Numbered from the stretch's first letter, positions 1 to 9,337 are shown. The stretch is 64,000 bases of DNA from an uncultured beta proteobacterium (GCA_963734575.1 CAVTHT010000007.1:160549-224548); one strand, 5' to 3'. Notes: a model not told the origin generated them from the letters alone. Made by a program: numbers and translations.

Positions 1-278
1 CCTCCGCGGTGTAGCAGCCGGCGGTGTTCGGGCAGGTACGTGAACTCGCGCGGCGGCAGGGCATCGAGGAGCGACGGCGCGTTCGCATCCTGGCCGATGT
101 TCGTGCGCCGGATCGCCACCGTGACGATCTCGGCGCCCGATGCGACCACCGCATCGCGGGTCTGCGCGAAATCGCGGTACTTGCCGGTGCCGACGAGAAG
201 GCGCGAATGGTAGGTGCGCCCGGCGATGACGAGTGCGTCGGCGGGCGTGGTTTCGGCGGAGGTGTGCGGGGCGTTCAT
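1..278 (-). CDS. thiG: Thiazole synthase ThiG. Only the N-terminal ~92 aa are in the window; the gene runs off the 5' edge.
   Basis: Reverse translation gives [34 protein letters not shown]...TVAIRR...LPNTAGC.TAEEA, matching ThiG N-terminal motifs. The ATG is a 'cat' at 276-278, 24 nt downstream of the thiS stop. Confidence 0.85.
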   Translation of the reverse strand, partial: MNAPHTSAETTPADALVIAGRTYHSRLLVGTGKYRDFAQTRDAVVASGAEIVTVAIRRTNIGQDANAPSLLDALPPREFTYLPEHRRLLHRG

Positions 279-302
279 GGGCGCATTTTACGCCCGCGCG
301 AC

Positions 303-533
303 TCAGCCGCCGCCGACGGCGGCGACCACCTCGAGGCGGTCGCCGTCATGAAGCACGGTGGCGGCATGGCGGCTCCGCGGCACGATGTCGCCGTTGAGCT
401 CGACGGCGATGCGCTTGCCGGCGAGGGCGAGCTGGACGACCAGGTCGGCCACGGTGGCGGTGTGGCCGATGGCCAGTGGCGCTCCGTTGACGACCACGTG
501 CAGGGCCGGTGCGGTGACTGTTGTCTCGGGCAT
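303..533 (-). CDS. thiS: Sulfur carrier protein ThiS.
   Basis: A 76-aa ORF with a C-terminal GG (..VVAAVGGG) and the ThiS fold signature. It sits immediately upstream of thiG on the same strand. Confidence 0.85.
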   Translation of the reverse strand: MPETTVTAPALHVVVNGAPLAIGHTATVADLVVQLALAGKRIAVELNGDIVPRSRHAATVLHDGDRLEVVAAVGGG

Positions 534-678
534 GCGACGATCGTATCACCGCGGCGGCGCCGGCGACGCCCGTCCATGGCGCGGCGGGGCGCGGTCGGCT
601 TCGGCCGCGAATGCATGCGCTGCCGGCGATGGAACACGCGTTCGTCCGGGGGCAGGGTTCGTGCTGTCGCCCGCGCGC

Positions 679-873
679 TCAGGAGCGATAGGCGCGCATG
701 GCGCGGCGCAGGAAGCGCAGCTGCCGCGCGAACCGGGAGCATGCGTTGCAGACGGCGAGATGCAGCCGCAGGCGCAGTCGCTCGCGCCGCGTGAGCGGGA
801 CGTCCTGCATCTGCGACAGGAGCCGTGTCGCCTCCCTGCAAGTGACCATGTGCGTTAGCCGGCGCAGGAACAT
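679..873 (-). CDS. Anti-sigma factor of the zf-HC2 family (RsrA/ChrR N-domain-like).
   Basis: A 64-aa protein with an H..C..C zinc-finger signature (HLAVCNACSRF). It lies 13 nt downstream of an ECF sigma gene. Confidence 0.7.
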   Translation of the reverse strand: MFLRRLTHMVTCREATRLLSQMQDVPLTRRERLRLRLHLAVCNACSRFARQLRFLRRAMRAYRS

Positions 874-886
874 GTTTTCGAAACGC

Positions 887-1469
887 TCAGCGCCCGGCCG
901 GCACGGCGAACCAGTTCTGCTCGAGGCACATCCGCAGTGCGACCCTTGCGCGATAGAGGATCACCCAGAGGTTATTCGCGGTGATCGCCAGTTCCTTACA
1001 GATTTCGTCGGTCTCGAGCTCCAGCACCTCCCGCATCACGAACACGCGGGCCGTCGCGGGCGGAAGCTTCTCGAGGCAGAGATCCATCACGTCGAAGAAC
1101 TCCCGCTGCTCGAGCGCCGCATCCGGGTTGCCCCAGGCGTTCGGCGGCACGTCCCAGCCGCCATCCTCGCGAAACAGCGCCATCGAGCTCGTCGACGTCG
1201 AGCTCGCCACCCATCGCGGCGAATGCGGCCGCCGGGACCGCGTCGCGCTGCCTGCGCCGTATGGCATCGACGATCTTGTGCTTGAGGATGCCCGTGAGCC
1301 ACGTGCGCAGGCTCGACTTGCCCGAGAAGCCGCTTCCGGCGAGTGCGGCAAGGAGCGTTTCCTGCACCACGTCTTCCGCAGCGTCGGTGTCGCGCAACTG
1401 AAGGTGCGCGACACGGAAGAGATACGTGCGGTGACGCTCGAGCTCTGCGGAGAAGTCGGCGTGCGGCAT
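887..1469 (-). CDS. ECF sigma-70 factor with an apparent frameshift near 1190.
   Basis: Region 2 (ELERHRTYLFRVAHLQ..DAAEDVVQETLLAAL..RTWLTGILKHKIVDAIRRRQRD) reads in one frame from the ATG at 1469. Region 4 (ELETDEICKELAITANNLWVILYRARVALRMCLEQ) reads in the -1 frame and ends at 887. The frames switch at ~1185-1200. Confidence 0.7.
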
Positions 1470-1816
1470 GGACGGGTAGGGGCGCGCGAGCGGGCATGAT
1501 AAGGCACAGGCCGCAGCCGCGCTCGCGTCACCGTCTACAGGCACCGGCGACGCGCGGCGGAAACATGCGACGCCCGCTGTGTGGACTGCAACGCCGTGCG
1601 TTCTCGCGATTCTCTGCGGCTCGTGCCCGCAGCGGCAACCGCGCGTTCCGCGCGTGCGAGCGTGATGTGCCCAGTGCAGCGAAGACAGGTGCTCGTCACA
1701 CAGTAGGCCGCATCCTACAAAAAATCGTGGGCCCAGACGACATAACCGCCTTGGCCGGAAGCGCAATCTTCGCACTGGCAGGAGAGAGCACCGGGGGTGG
1801 GGGTGTTCTCGAACGG

Positions 1817-2581
1817 GTGATCAGTGGGGTCTGGTTGCCGTCCGCGTGTTCTCCCCTGCCACTCCAAATTGTTGCGGTTCCGGGCCTCAAGCACGTAGCC
1901 GTCGGATTCAACGTGCCGTCGCACGACGGTCGAAGGGAGCAGATCGTGGAGAAGCAAACCGAACAACTTGACACGTTGAACGTCGCGCAGGCGACCGAAG
2001 GCCACGCCGTCGCGGCACAGCCGATCAGGATCATGGGCTTCGTCGACGGGGACGTGATCCCGCCGGCGTGCTACGACAAGCCGTACGCGCTCGATCCGGG
2101 CAAGGACGACAGCAAGGCGTACGACGTGCTGCGCGAAGTCATGACGCGCACCCGCAAGGTCGGGCTTGCGTCCGTGGTTATCGAGAAGAAGCAGGCGCTC
2201 GCGGCAGTCATTCCGATCGGCCGCACATTGGTGCTCAACGTGCTGCGCTTCGCGAGCCAACTCGTTCCGGGCAAGCGCAATGCCGCGACGCGCTCCGCCG
2301 TGTCAAGCGAGCCCCGGCGCGCCGCGGCGCAGCTCGCGCAGAACGATGCGCCGCGCCGCCGTCCGCTCGTCGCCGTCGAAGCGCCGAAGACTGCGGCGCG
2401 CATGTCGCCCGTGCGCAAGCACGGCGAGGTGATCGACCTCGCGACGCGCCGCTCGAGCAAGCGTGCGCAGACCCGTCCCGCGAAGACGGTACGTGCGCGC
2501 GCCGCGACGGGCTCGGTGGCCACACTCCATCAGCTGCGGCGCAAGAACGCCCGCAACGCCGTGGAGCGCCAGCTCGCCTGA
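1817..2581 (+). CDS. ku: Ku-like DNA end-binding protein (NHEJ). The N-terminus is atypical or truncated.
   Basis: ..IPPACYDKPYALDPGKDDSKAYDVLREVMTRTRKVGLASVVIEKKQALAAVIPIGRTLVLNVLRFASQ..GEVIDLATRR..KRA matches the bacterial Ku core (FDKPYYL..AYALL..RVAIAKFVLR..LVLETLRFADE..VVDLMEALR). The upstream ~100 aa lack the canonical MRAIWKGxISFGLV start. GTG 1817 is chosen, but the start is uncertain. Confidence 0.5.
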   Translation: MISGVWLPSACSPLPLQIVAVPGLKHVAVGFNVPSHDGRREQIVEKQTEQLDTLNVAQATEGHAVAAQPIRIMGFVDGDVIPPACYDKPYALDPGKDDSKAYDVLREVMTRTRKVGLASVVIEKKQALAAVIPIGRTLVLNVLRFASQLVPGKRNAATRSAVSSEPRRAAAQLAQNDAPRRRPLVAVEAPKTAARMSPVRKHGEVIDLATRRSSKRAQTRPAKTVRARAATGSVATLHQLRRKNARNAVERQLA

Positions 2582-2682
2582 GCGGGCTCCAATCCATCAC
2601 CGCTACAGCTCGGGGGCGCCACCCACTGGTCATTCGGCCTTTCGGGGTTGCGCCCCCTGTGCACTCCCCAGAAAGGACAGCC

Positions 2683-3228
2683 ATGCCATCGCGCCAAACC
2701 GAGGAAACGGGAGGCGACGCGCTCTCGCTGCTGCGCGCCGACCACGCCAGGGTGATCGACCTGTTCGATCAGTTCGAGCAGATGAAGGACGACGTCGACG
2801 AGCAGGAGAAAGATGCCCTGGTCGCTCGCATCTGCGGCGAGCTCATCGTGCACACGGCGATCGAGGAGGAGATCTTCTATCCCGCCGCCCGCGAGGCGAT
2901 CGACGACGACGATCTCTTCGACGAGGCCACGGTCGAGCACGCGTCAGCCAAGGACCTCATCGCCCAGCTCGGCGAGATGGAACCGGGCGACGAGCTCTAC
3001 GACGCCAAGGTCAAGGTCCTCGGCGAGTACGTCAAGCATCACATCGACGAGGAGCAGAACGAGCTCTTCCCGCAACTCGAGAATGCGGAGCTCGATCTCG
3101 ACGAGCTCGGCGTGCGCCTGGCGCAGCGCAAGCAGGAGCTCATGGACGAGATCGGTCTTGCGGATCTCGACGAGCTGATCCCGCAGGACGGCGACGGCAG
3201 CAACCGCGGCGAGGTGCGCGCGCGCTGA
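2683..3228 (+). CDS. Hemerythrin-like (HHE cation-binding domain) protein.
   Basis: H..E/HxxxE metal-ligand spacing (LLRADHARVIDLF, CGELIVHTAIEEEIFYP, YVKHHIDEEQNELFP). The RBS is aaagga 8 nt upstream of the ATG. Confidence 0.8.
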   Translation: MPSRQTEETGGDALSLLRADHARVIDLFDQFEQMKDDVDEQEKDALVARICGELIVHTAIEEEIFYPAAREAIDDDDLFDEATVEHASAKDLIAQLGEMEPGDELYDAKVKVLGEYVKHHIDEEQNELFPQLENAELDLDELGVRLAQRKQELMDEIGLADLDELIPQDGDGSNRGEVRAR

Positions 3229-3251
3229 ACCGCCGACAGCGCGCCGCAATG

Positions 3252-3290
3252 GAAACGCCCCATCCGCGGATGGGGCGTTTCGTTGTTGCC
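3252..3290 (+). terminator. Rho-independent terminator after the hemerythrin gene.
   Basis: aaacgccccatc-cgcg-gatggggcgttt hairpin followed by cgttgtt. Confidence 0.5.
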
Positions 3291-3340
3291 GGGCGGCATC
3301 CCTGCGCCGGCAGCGGGCAGCTGCAGGCCGCAGCCGCGCG

Positions 3341-3574
3341 TCAGCGCGCCGAAAGATGCGACATCGATCGCCACAAGCGACGCATCGCGGCGACCTTGAG
3401 ATGCCACTCCCATGGCATGAACGAATGGACGTAGGCCATCGAGAGCACGAATCCGCCCGCGCTGCCGCCCATGATGATCAGGGCCAGCAAGGGAAACGGG
3501 TAAGGCGCATCCGTGACCCACAATGCGAGTCCCGCGATGGCAGTGAGGAAGAAGAATCGTGGCATGGCGCTCAT
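3341..3574 (-). CDS. Small hypothetical membrane protein (77 aa).
   Basis: An ORF with two predicted TM helices (FFFLTAIAGLALWV, LLALIIMGGSAGGFVL). No family was recognised. Confidence 0.3.
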   Translation of the reverse strand: MSAMPRFFFLTAIAGLALWVTDAPYPFPLLALIIMGGSAGGFVLSMAYVHSFMPWEWHLKVAAMRRLWRSMSHLSAR

Positions 3575-3644
3575 GGTGAGCAGAGTGCACGGCGCGCCGC
3601 GCCTGCCGAATCAGCGAGCGCCTGAATGCGTTGTAAGCGCGGGA

Positions 3645-5120
3645 CTACCCGGCCGGCTGCGGCTCCAGCACCGGCAGCGTGACCACGATCGCGGTGCCCG
3701 ACCCCGGCCGGCCGTCCACCAGCACCTCGCCGCCGAGGCCGTGCACGCGCTCGCGAATCGAGATGAGCCCGTGCGACGTGGGGTGGTGCTGCTTGGCGGG
3801 GTCCATGCCGACGCCGTCGTCGCGCACCTGCAGGCGCCACAGCATGTCGTCGCGCACGAGATCGACCTCGACCTTCTTGGCGTGCGCATACTTGGCGATG
3901 TTCGTCAGCGCTTCCTGCACGATGCGATAAAGCGCGACGGATTGCTCCGGCGTCGGCTGCTCGTCACCGTCGGGACACGTCGCGTGGCACGCGCACCCGG
4001 TGCGCTTGGCGAATTCGTCGCACTGCCAGCGCAGCGCGGCGCAGATGCCCAGGTTGTCCAGCAGCGTGGGCCGCAGGTCCTCGATGATCCGTCGCTTCAC
4101 CGCGATGGCATCGTCGAGCGCCGCGCTGATGCGCGCGAGGCGCGGCGCGATCGCCGCGTCGTTCTTGAGGCGATCGGAGATGAGCTGCAGGTCGATCTTC
4201 GCCGCGGTCAGCGTGCCGCCGAGCTCGTCGTGCAACTCGCGCGCGACACGCTTCTTCTCGTCCTCGCGCACGTTTTCCTGGAACCGCGAAAGCTCGGTGA
4301 GCTGCGCCGTGCGCTCGCGCACCTGCGCCTCGAGCGTCGCGCCGCGCGCCTGCAACGCCTGACGCTCGCGGCGATGCCGTCGCAGGTCGCCCCAGAGGAA
4401 AAGCGCGCCCAGCGTCACGAGCAGGAGGTTGAGCGACGCTTCGGCGAAGAAGCCGAGACGGATGGCGCGCTGATGCGACGCGAGCCCGCCGATGCGGTCG
4501 GTGCGCACGCGCGACTCCTCGCTCACCATGCCGTCGAGCGCGGCGCGCAGCGTGTCCATCGTGAGCTTGCCCGCGTGGGTCATGACGATCTCCTGCGCCG
4601 CCTCGTACCCGCCGGTGCGGCGCGCTTCGAGCGTGGCCTCGATCTGCTGGAACTCCTCCTGGACGAGACGCCTGATGGTGCCGAGCTGACTCGCCTGCAC
4701 GGCGTTGTCGCCGACGAGCGCCTGCAGCCCGTCGAGGTCGCCGGCGATGCGCTGCTGCGCCTGGCGGTAGGGGAGGAGATATGCGGCGTCACCGGTGATG
4801 AGGAAGCCGCGCTGCCCGGTCTCCGCGTCCAGGAGATCGGTGCGCACGCGCTCGATCGCGTGCGTCACGCTCTGCGTCTGCACCACGCCGTTCGACGAAA
4901 GCTCGAGGTTGCGAAAGCCTCGCTCGGCCACCGACAGCGCGCCGAGATTGAACAGTGCAGCGAGTCCGAGGACGACGAAGCCGAGCTGCGCGGATACGCG
5001 TTTCAACGATCGGGAAGGGGGCTGAGATTCGGTGCTGGGGTGCATTTCGGAGGGTCTCTGCGCTGTAGGACGATTCCTACAAGGCCGGCGGAGTTTTGCT
5101 ACAGGGTTTTCGTCCGGCAT
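3645..5120 (-). CDS. Sensor histidine kinase with a CHASE3 domain (HisKA_3/NarX-type).
   Basis: An N-terminal TM helix followed by a CHASE3-like periplasmic region and a second TM helix. An ELHDELGGTLTAAKIDL H-box (HisKA_3) and a C-terminal HATPase (GVGMD..GLISIRERV..GG) follow. It is transcribed divergently from the sigma54 activator. Confidence 0.8.
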   Translation of the reverse strand: MPDENPVAKLRRPCRNRPTAQRPSEMHPSTESQPPSRSLKRVSAQLGFVVLGLAALFNLGALSVAERGFRNLELSSNGVVQTQSVTHAIERVRTDLLDAETGQRGFLITGDAAYLLPYRQAQQRIAGDLDGLQALVGDNAVQASQLGTIRRLVQEEFQQIEATLEARRTGGYEAAQEIVMTHAGKLTMDTLRAALDGMVSEESRVRTDRIGGLASHQRAIRLGFFAEASLNLLLVTLGALFLWGDLRRHRRERQALQARGATLEAQVRERTAQLTELSRFQENVREDEKKRVARELHDELGGTLTAAKIDLQLISDRLKNDAAIAPRLARISAALDDAIAVKRRIIEDLRPTLLDNLGICAALRWQCDEFAKRTGCACHATCPDGDEQPTPEQSVALYRIVQEALTNIAKYAHAKKVEVDLVRDDMLWRLQVRDDGVGMDPAKQHHPTSHGLISIRERVHGLGGEVLVDGRPGSGTAIVVTLPVLEPQPAG

Positions 5121-5203
5121 CCTACTTCAATCCCAAGTCGGTGACTCCATGATGCGTGCACATGCCGCCACGGGCGACATTGAACAACTAATTAGGAGCG
5201 AAC

Positions 5204-6331
5204 ATGGAAGTCCTTCGCTGCACTGACGATGCATTCGCCCATGAGCCCTTCAACGCCACGGAAGGTGGCTCCGAGGATGGTGTCGTGATCGCCACGTTCC
5301 CGCGTCCTGCGACGCGCGGCGTGCGCGGTCTCGTCCGTAATCGACCCGAGGTCATCCCGGGCAACGAACTCTCCGGCATGGTCGGCGAGTCGCCGGTGAT
5401 GAACTCGGTATTCAACCAGATCCGTCTCGTCGCCCGCGCCGACGTGACCGTCATGATCATCGGCGAATCGGGAACCGGCAAGGAAGTCGCCGCCAACGCG
5501 ATCCACTCGCTGTCCGACCGCCGTCGCGGGCCGTTCCTCGCCGTCAACTGCGGCGCGATCCCGGCCAATCTCGCCGAGGCCGAGTTGTTCGGTTACGAGA
5601 AGGGTTCGTTCACGGGTGCGCAGCGGCAGCACATCGGCCACTTCGAGCGGGCGAGCGGCGGTACGCTGTTCCTCGACGAAGTCACCGAGATGCCGATGGA
5701 GCTGCAGGTCAAGCTTCTGCGCGTGCTGGAGACCGGCCGCTTCGTGCGCGTCGGCGGCAGCGAGGAGATCGACGTCGACGTGCGCCTCATCACGGCGACG
5801 AACCGCGACCCGTATCAGGCGGTGCGCGACGGACGCCTGCGCGAGGACCTGCTGTATCGCCTCGCGGTGTTCCCGCTGAACCTGCCCGCGCTGCGTGAGC
5901 GCGGCGACGATATCGTGCGCCTGGCCGAGTTCTTCCTCGATAAGCTCAACACGAAGTACTCGGCAACGAAGCGCTTCAGCCCGGTCGCGCTGGCACAGAT
6001 GCGCGCCCACCACTGGCCAGGCAACGTGCGCGAGCTGCGCAATTGCGTGGAACGGAGCTTCATTCTCTCGGACAACGAGATCCAGCTCGAGATCACGCGA
6101 CCCGCGCCCACCGCCGGTCCGCGCGTGGGGTCCGACGGCTGCGTGCGCGTGCCGCTAGGCTCGACGGTGGCCGATGCCGAGCGCGAGATGATCCTCGCGA
6201 CCATCGATCACTGCGGCGGCAACAAGCGCAAGGCCGCCGACGTCCTCGGCATCAGTGTCAAGACGGTCTACAACAAGCTTGCCGAATACGGCATGACCGA
6301 CGGCTCGCTGCGGCTTGCCGCGGCCAACTGA
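5204..6331 (+). CDS. Sigma54-dependent transcriptional activator (AAA+ enhancer-binding protein) with no receiver domain.
   Basis: Walker A GESGTGKE, GSFTGA (a GAFTGA variant), an R-finger region and a C-terminal Fis-type HTH (KRKAADVLGISVKTVYNKL). Confidence 0.85.
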   Translation: MEVLRCTDDAFAHEPFNATEGGSEDGVVIATFPRPATRGVRGLVRNRPEVIPGNELSGMVGESPVMNSVFNQIRLVARADVTVMIIGESGTGKEVAANAIHSLSDRRRGPFLAVNCGAIPANLAEAELFGYEKGSFTGAQRQHIGHFERASGGTLFLDEVTEMPMELQVKLLRVLETGRFVRVGGSEEIDVDVRLITATNRDPYQAVRDGRLREDLLYRLAVFPLNLPALRERGDDIVRLAEFFLDKLNTKYSATKRFSPVALAQMRAHHWPGNVRELRNCVERSFILSDNEIQLEITRPAPTAGPRVGSDGCVRVPLGSTVADAEREMILATIDHCGGNKRKAADVLGISVKTVYNKLAEYGMTDGSLRLAAAN

Positions 6332-6522
6332 TCGGCCGTAGCGGAGCGACTCCGGGATTCCGAGCATGTGGCGCCCGGTGGCGAATCCGGTCGCGGGAGA
6401 CGCTCCCGGGACCGGATTGCTGCTGGTAGTCCTGCTGGCGGTGCTCGTCTGGCAGCTTTGCTGACCAGGGCATCGGGGCTAGAATCGGGGCGCCGCTGCC
6501 ACAAACCGACCGGGACACGCTG

Positions 6523-7161
6523 GTGAACGCCAAACCTAGAATTCTAATCGCGGACGACCACGCCCTGTTCCGCGCGGGCGTGAGGTCGCTCCTCGAAGCA
6601 CAGACGGACTGGGACGTTGCAGGCGAAGCCGCCACGGGCGACGAAGCCCTGCGGCGCATGCGTGCCGAGCACTGGGATGCCGTCCTGCTCGACATCTCCC
6701 TGCCGGACCGCACCGGCATCGACATCCTGCGGCAGATCCGGCCGCACAAGCCGACGCTGCCGATCCTGATCCTCTCCATGTATCCCGAGCAGCAGTACGC
6801 CGTGAACCTGCTGCGCGCAGGCGCGAGCGGCTACCTCACCAAGGATGCCGTGCCCGAGCAGGTCATCGTCGCGGTGCGCACGCTCCTCGCCGGCCGCAAG
6901 TACATCAGCAACGAGGTGGCGCAGCTTCTCGCCGGCGATGTCGACGGCGACGGCCGCCCGCTGCATTCCGCGCTCTCGGAGCGTGAATTCCAGATCTTCT
7001 GCAAGCTCGCGTCGGGCAAGTCCGTCGGCGACATCGCGGAGGAGCTGCATCTTTCCAACAAGACGGTGAGCACGTACCGGACGCGCGTCCTCGAGAAGAT
7101 GAATCTCGCGAGCAACGCCGACCTGACCTACTACGCCATCAAGAACGGCCTGATCCAGTAG
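6523..7161 (+). CDS. Two-component response regulator of the NarL/LuxR family.
   Basis: Receiver domain (ILIADDH..D..LLDISLPD) plus a LuxR HTH (LSEREFQIFCKLASGKSVGDIAEELHLSNKTVSTYRTRVLEKM). The start is a GTG. Confidence 0.85.
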   Translation: MNAKPRILIADDHALFRAGVRSLLEAQTDWDVAGEAATGDEALRRMRAEHWDAVLLDISLPDRTGIDILRQIRPHKPTLPILILSMYPEQQYAVNLLRAGASGYLTKDAVPEQVIVAVRTLLAGRKYISNEVAQLLAGDVDGDGRPLHSALSEREFQIFCKLASGKSVGDIAEELHLSNKTVSTYRTRVLEKMNLASNADLTYYAIKNGLIQ

Positions 7162-7165
7162 CGCC

Positions 7166-7603
7166 GTGGAAGGCCAGGGCACAACGGCGAACGTGGCGCA
7201 GCCGAGCGCCGCCGCAGGACAGAAGCCGCCACTCAGGGTTTTCCTGGTGGAGGATTCCGTGTCCGTGCGCGAGCGGCTCATGGATTTCCTGTCGGAGCCC
7301 GGCGAGGTCGAGATCGTCGGCTATGCCGAGACCGAGGCCGCGTCGGTGGCGCGGCTCGCGCAGGAGCGCGTGGACGTGGCCATCGTCGATCTCAACCTCA
7401 AGGCCGGCAGCGGCTTTGGCGTCATCTCCGCGCTGCGCTCCCAGTATCCGAGCGCGCCGCCCACGATCGTCGTCCTCACCAACTACGCGTTCCCGGAATA
7501 CGAAGTCGCCTGCCGCGAGCGCGGCGCCGATTTCTTCTTCGACAAGTCGACCCAGTTCGGGTCGGTGAAGACGCTGCTCTCGGATCTGCGCCAGCGCATG
7601 TGA
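7166..7603 (+). CDS. Single-domain response regulator (CheY-like receiver).
   Basis: RVFLVEDS..VDVAIVDLNLKAGSGFGV..VVLTNYAFPE..ADFFFDKS receiver motifs. The start codon is uncertain (GTG 7166 or GTG 7193). Confidence 0.7.
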   Translation: MEGQGTTANVAQPSAAAGQKPPLRVFLVEDSVSVRERLMDFLSEPGEVEIVGYAETEAASVARLAQERVDVAIVDLNLKAGSGFGVISALRSQYPSAPPTIVVLTNYAFPEYEVACRERGADFFFDKSTQFGSVKTLLSDLRQRM

Positions 7604-7701
7604 CGCGAGCCGCAGCGGCGCCTGCGGCCCTGTGGCGCAGGCGCACGCTTGGCAAGCGCGTTGTGCGGGTGTACTTTTTTCCGCCCCGGTAGCACGAAGT
7701 A

Positions 7702-7731
7702 CCTCGCGGTGCGCCGCGCGCAACCGCGAGG
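7702..7731. promoter_or_regulatory. Inverted repeat; a candidate upstream activator site for the sigma54 activator.
   Basis: cctcgcggt-N12-accgcgagg, a perfect 9-bp palindrome about 60-90 bp upstream of the sigma54-like promoter. Confidence 0.3.
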
Positions 7732-7791
7732 TGGCCGGCAAACCGTCGTTCGCGCGCAGAGTTATCGCCCTGCGCCGCCTGCGTGCGGCAA

Positions 7792-7807
7792 TGGCACGAA
7801 CCCTGCT
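7792..7807 (+). promoter_or_regulatory. Candidate sigma54 (-24/-12) promoter for the DUF1328-yqjDEK-bfr operon.
   Basis: TGGCACgaaccCTGCT fits GG-N10-GC with one mismatch to TGGCAC-N5-TTGC. It lies 66 bp upstream of the ATG at 7873. Confidence 0.4.
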
Positions 7808-7872
7808 CGACGATGCAGGCGCGCGGCGGCGGCGGCGGGTCCGGTCGCCCATGCCAGGCAGGGGTGTTGTCC

Positions 7873-8037
7873 ATGTTGCGTTACGCAGCGATCTTCTTCG
7901 TAATCGCCCTCGTGGCCGCGCTGTTCGGCTTCGGGGGCATCGCCGCAGGTGCCGCGGAGATCGCGAAGGTCCTGTTCTACCTGTTCCTCATGCTGTTCAT
8001 CGCCAGCCTGGCTTACGGGCTGATCGCGCGCAAGTGA
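7873..8037 (+). CDS. DUF1328/UPF0391 small membrane protein.
   Basis: [54 protein letters not shown], a typical 54-aa family member. Confidence 0.7.
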   Translation: MLRYAAIFFVIALVAALFGFGGIAAGAAEIAKVLFYLFLMLFIASLAYGLIARK

Positions 8038-8063
8038 ATCAACGACAACCACACACGGAGCGA

Positions 8064-8465
8064 ATGACCATGGCAAACAACATGAACGCGGGCACGATGG
8101 GCGACGACGCCCGGCGACTCGGCGACGAGGCCTCGCAACTCGCGCAGGATGCCGCCGACACGCTGGAGACGACGCGCGACAACCTCATGGGCGAGTTCCG
8201 CAACCTGATCGCCGAAGGCGAAAGCCTCCTGCGCGCGACCTCCAACCTGTCGGGCGAGGCGCTTGCGACTGCGCGCGAGAAATTCCGCTCGCAGCTCGCC
8301 ACCGCGAAGTCGCGAGCGAGCGACTACACCGCGGCCGCCCGTGCCCGCGGCCGCGAGGCGGCCGTGATGGCGGACGACTACGTGCACGACAATCCGTGGG
8401 CCGCGATCGGCGTGGCAGCCGGCGTCGGCTTCCTCATCGGCGCGCTGATGAGCCGGCGGTCGTGA
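8064..8465 (+). CDS. DUF883 protein (ElaB/YqjD-like ribosome- and membrane-associated stress protein).
   Basis: An N-terminal coiled coil and a C-terminal anchor ..DNPWAAIGVAAGVGFLIGALMSRRS. The RBS is acggag. Confidence 0.8.
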   Translation: MTMANNMNAGTMGDDARRLGDEASQLAQDAADTLETTRDNLMGEFRNLIAEGESLLRATSNLSGEALATAREKFRSQLATAKSRASDYTAAARARGREAAVMADDYVHDNPWAAIGVAAGVGFLIGALMSRRS

Positions 8466-8873
8466 ACGAGAGCCTCGACGACACGGTGCGGGCGTCATCG
8501 CCCGCGGAAGGCGGCCTGCTCGCGCGGGCGCGACGTTTCTCCGGCGCGCTGCTGGAGCACGTCGCCACGCGCGGCGAGCTGCTCGCGGTGGAGATCGGCG
8601 AGGAGAAGGAGCGGCTCATCCATGCGCTGATCGCCGCGGGCCTGCTGTTGCTGTGCGCGGGCATGGTGCTGGTGTTCGCCGGCGTGCTCGCGCTGGTGCT
8701 GGCGTGGGACTCGGAGTATCGCAACGTCGTTGCGTGGCTGATTCCGGTGGCGTTCCTCGCGATCGGCATCGGCTCGTGGCTGTGGCTGAAGAGCCTCATC
8801 GGCCGCAAGACGGCGCTGTTCCGCGACAGCCTGCGCGATCTGCGGCAGGACGCGCAAGCGTTGCGGCAGCTGA
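8462..8873 (+). CDS. DUF1469 (YqjE-like) membrane protein. The reading frame has no in-frame stop; the likely stop at 8871 is in another frame.
   Basis: The GTG at 8462 overlaps the yqjD stop (GTGA). Similarity to E. coli YqjE holds to the C-terminus (LAVEIGEEKERL.., LAWDSEYRNVVAWLIPV..LKSLIGRKTALFRDSLRDLRQDAQALRQ). The frame then stays open to 9823, with a TGA at 8871-8873 only in the -1 frame. Confidence 0.55.
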
Positions 8874-8874
8874 C

Positions 8875-9201
8875 ATGGCAACCCCCGTCAAGCCACGCAA
8901 GGAGCCGCTTTTCGAGCGCCGTGCGCGCGTCGAGAGGAAGCTCGAGCAGCAGCGCCTCGAGCTCGCTGCGGCCTGGAATGCGCTCGAGCGACAGGCCTAC
9001 GTGCAGGAGCGGCGGATCAGCGGCTTCACGCGGGGCTTTCGCGCGGTGCTGCCGCTCGGCGCGCTGGGCGGTGCCGTGTGGCTTCTGCGCCGGTACGGCC
9101 CTGCGCGCCTCGTGCGTCCCGCCATGTTCGGGCTCGCGATATGGAAGTACTTCCGCAGATTCACCGATCTCCGACTGGCGTACAGAAGAGGAACGTCATG
9201 A
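8875..9201 (+). CDS. YqjK-like protein.
   Basis: MATPVKPRKEPLFERRARVERKLEQQRLELAAAW.. resembles YqjK (..QQRLDLSA..). It is 1 nt after the TGA at 8871 and ends in an ATGA overlap. Confidence 0.6.
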   Translation: MATPVKPRKEPLFERRARVERKLEQQRLELAAAWNALERQAYVQERRISGFTRGFRAVLPLGALGGAVWLLRRYGPARLVRPAMFGLAIWKYFRRFTDLRLAYRRGTS

Positions 9202-9337
9202 ACGCGCAACCGCAAGTGCCATCGCAGCAAGCGCAAAGGCAGGAGCCCAGCCCCCGCGGCCGCAGGGCAGCACGCCTTTCATCAGTGACGTGCGGACCCT
9301 GCGCGAGCGGGCGCGTCGCCACATCGAGGAGGGTGCC

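Noticed and set aside
534-678. Possible TPP riboswitch upstream of thiS.
   Set aside because: The universally conserved CUGAGA and ACCUGAUCUGGAUAAUGCCAGCG elements are not recognisable on the minus strand. Only a weak 'ctgagc' is present.
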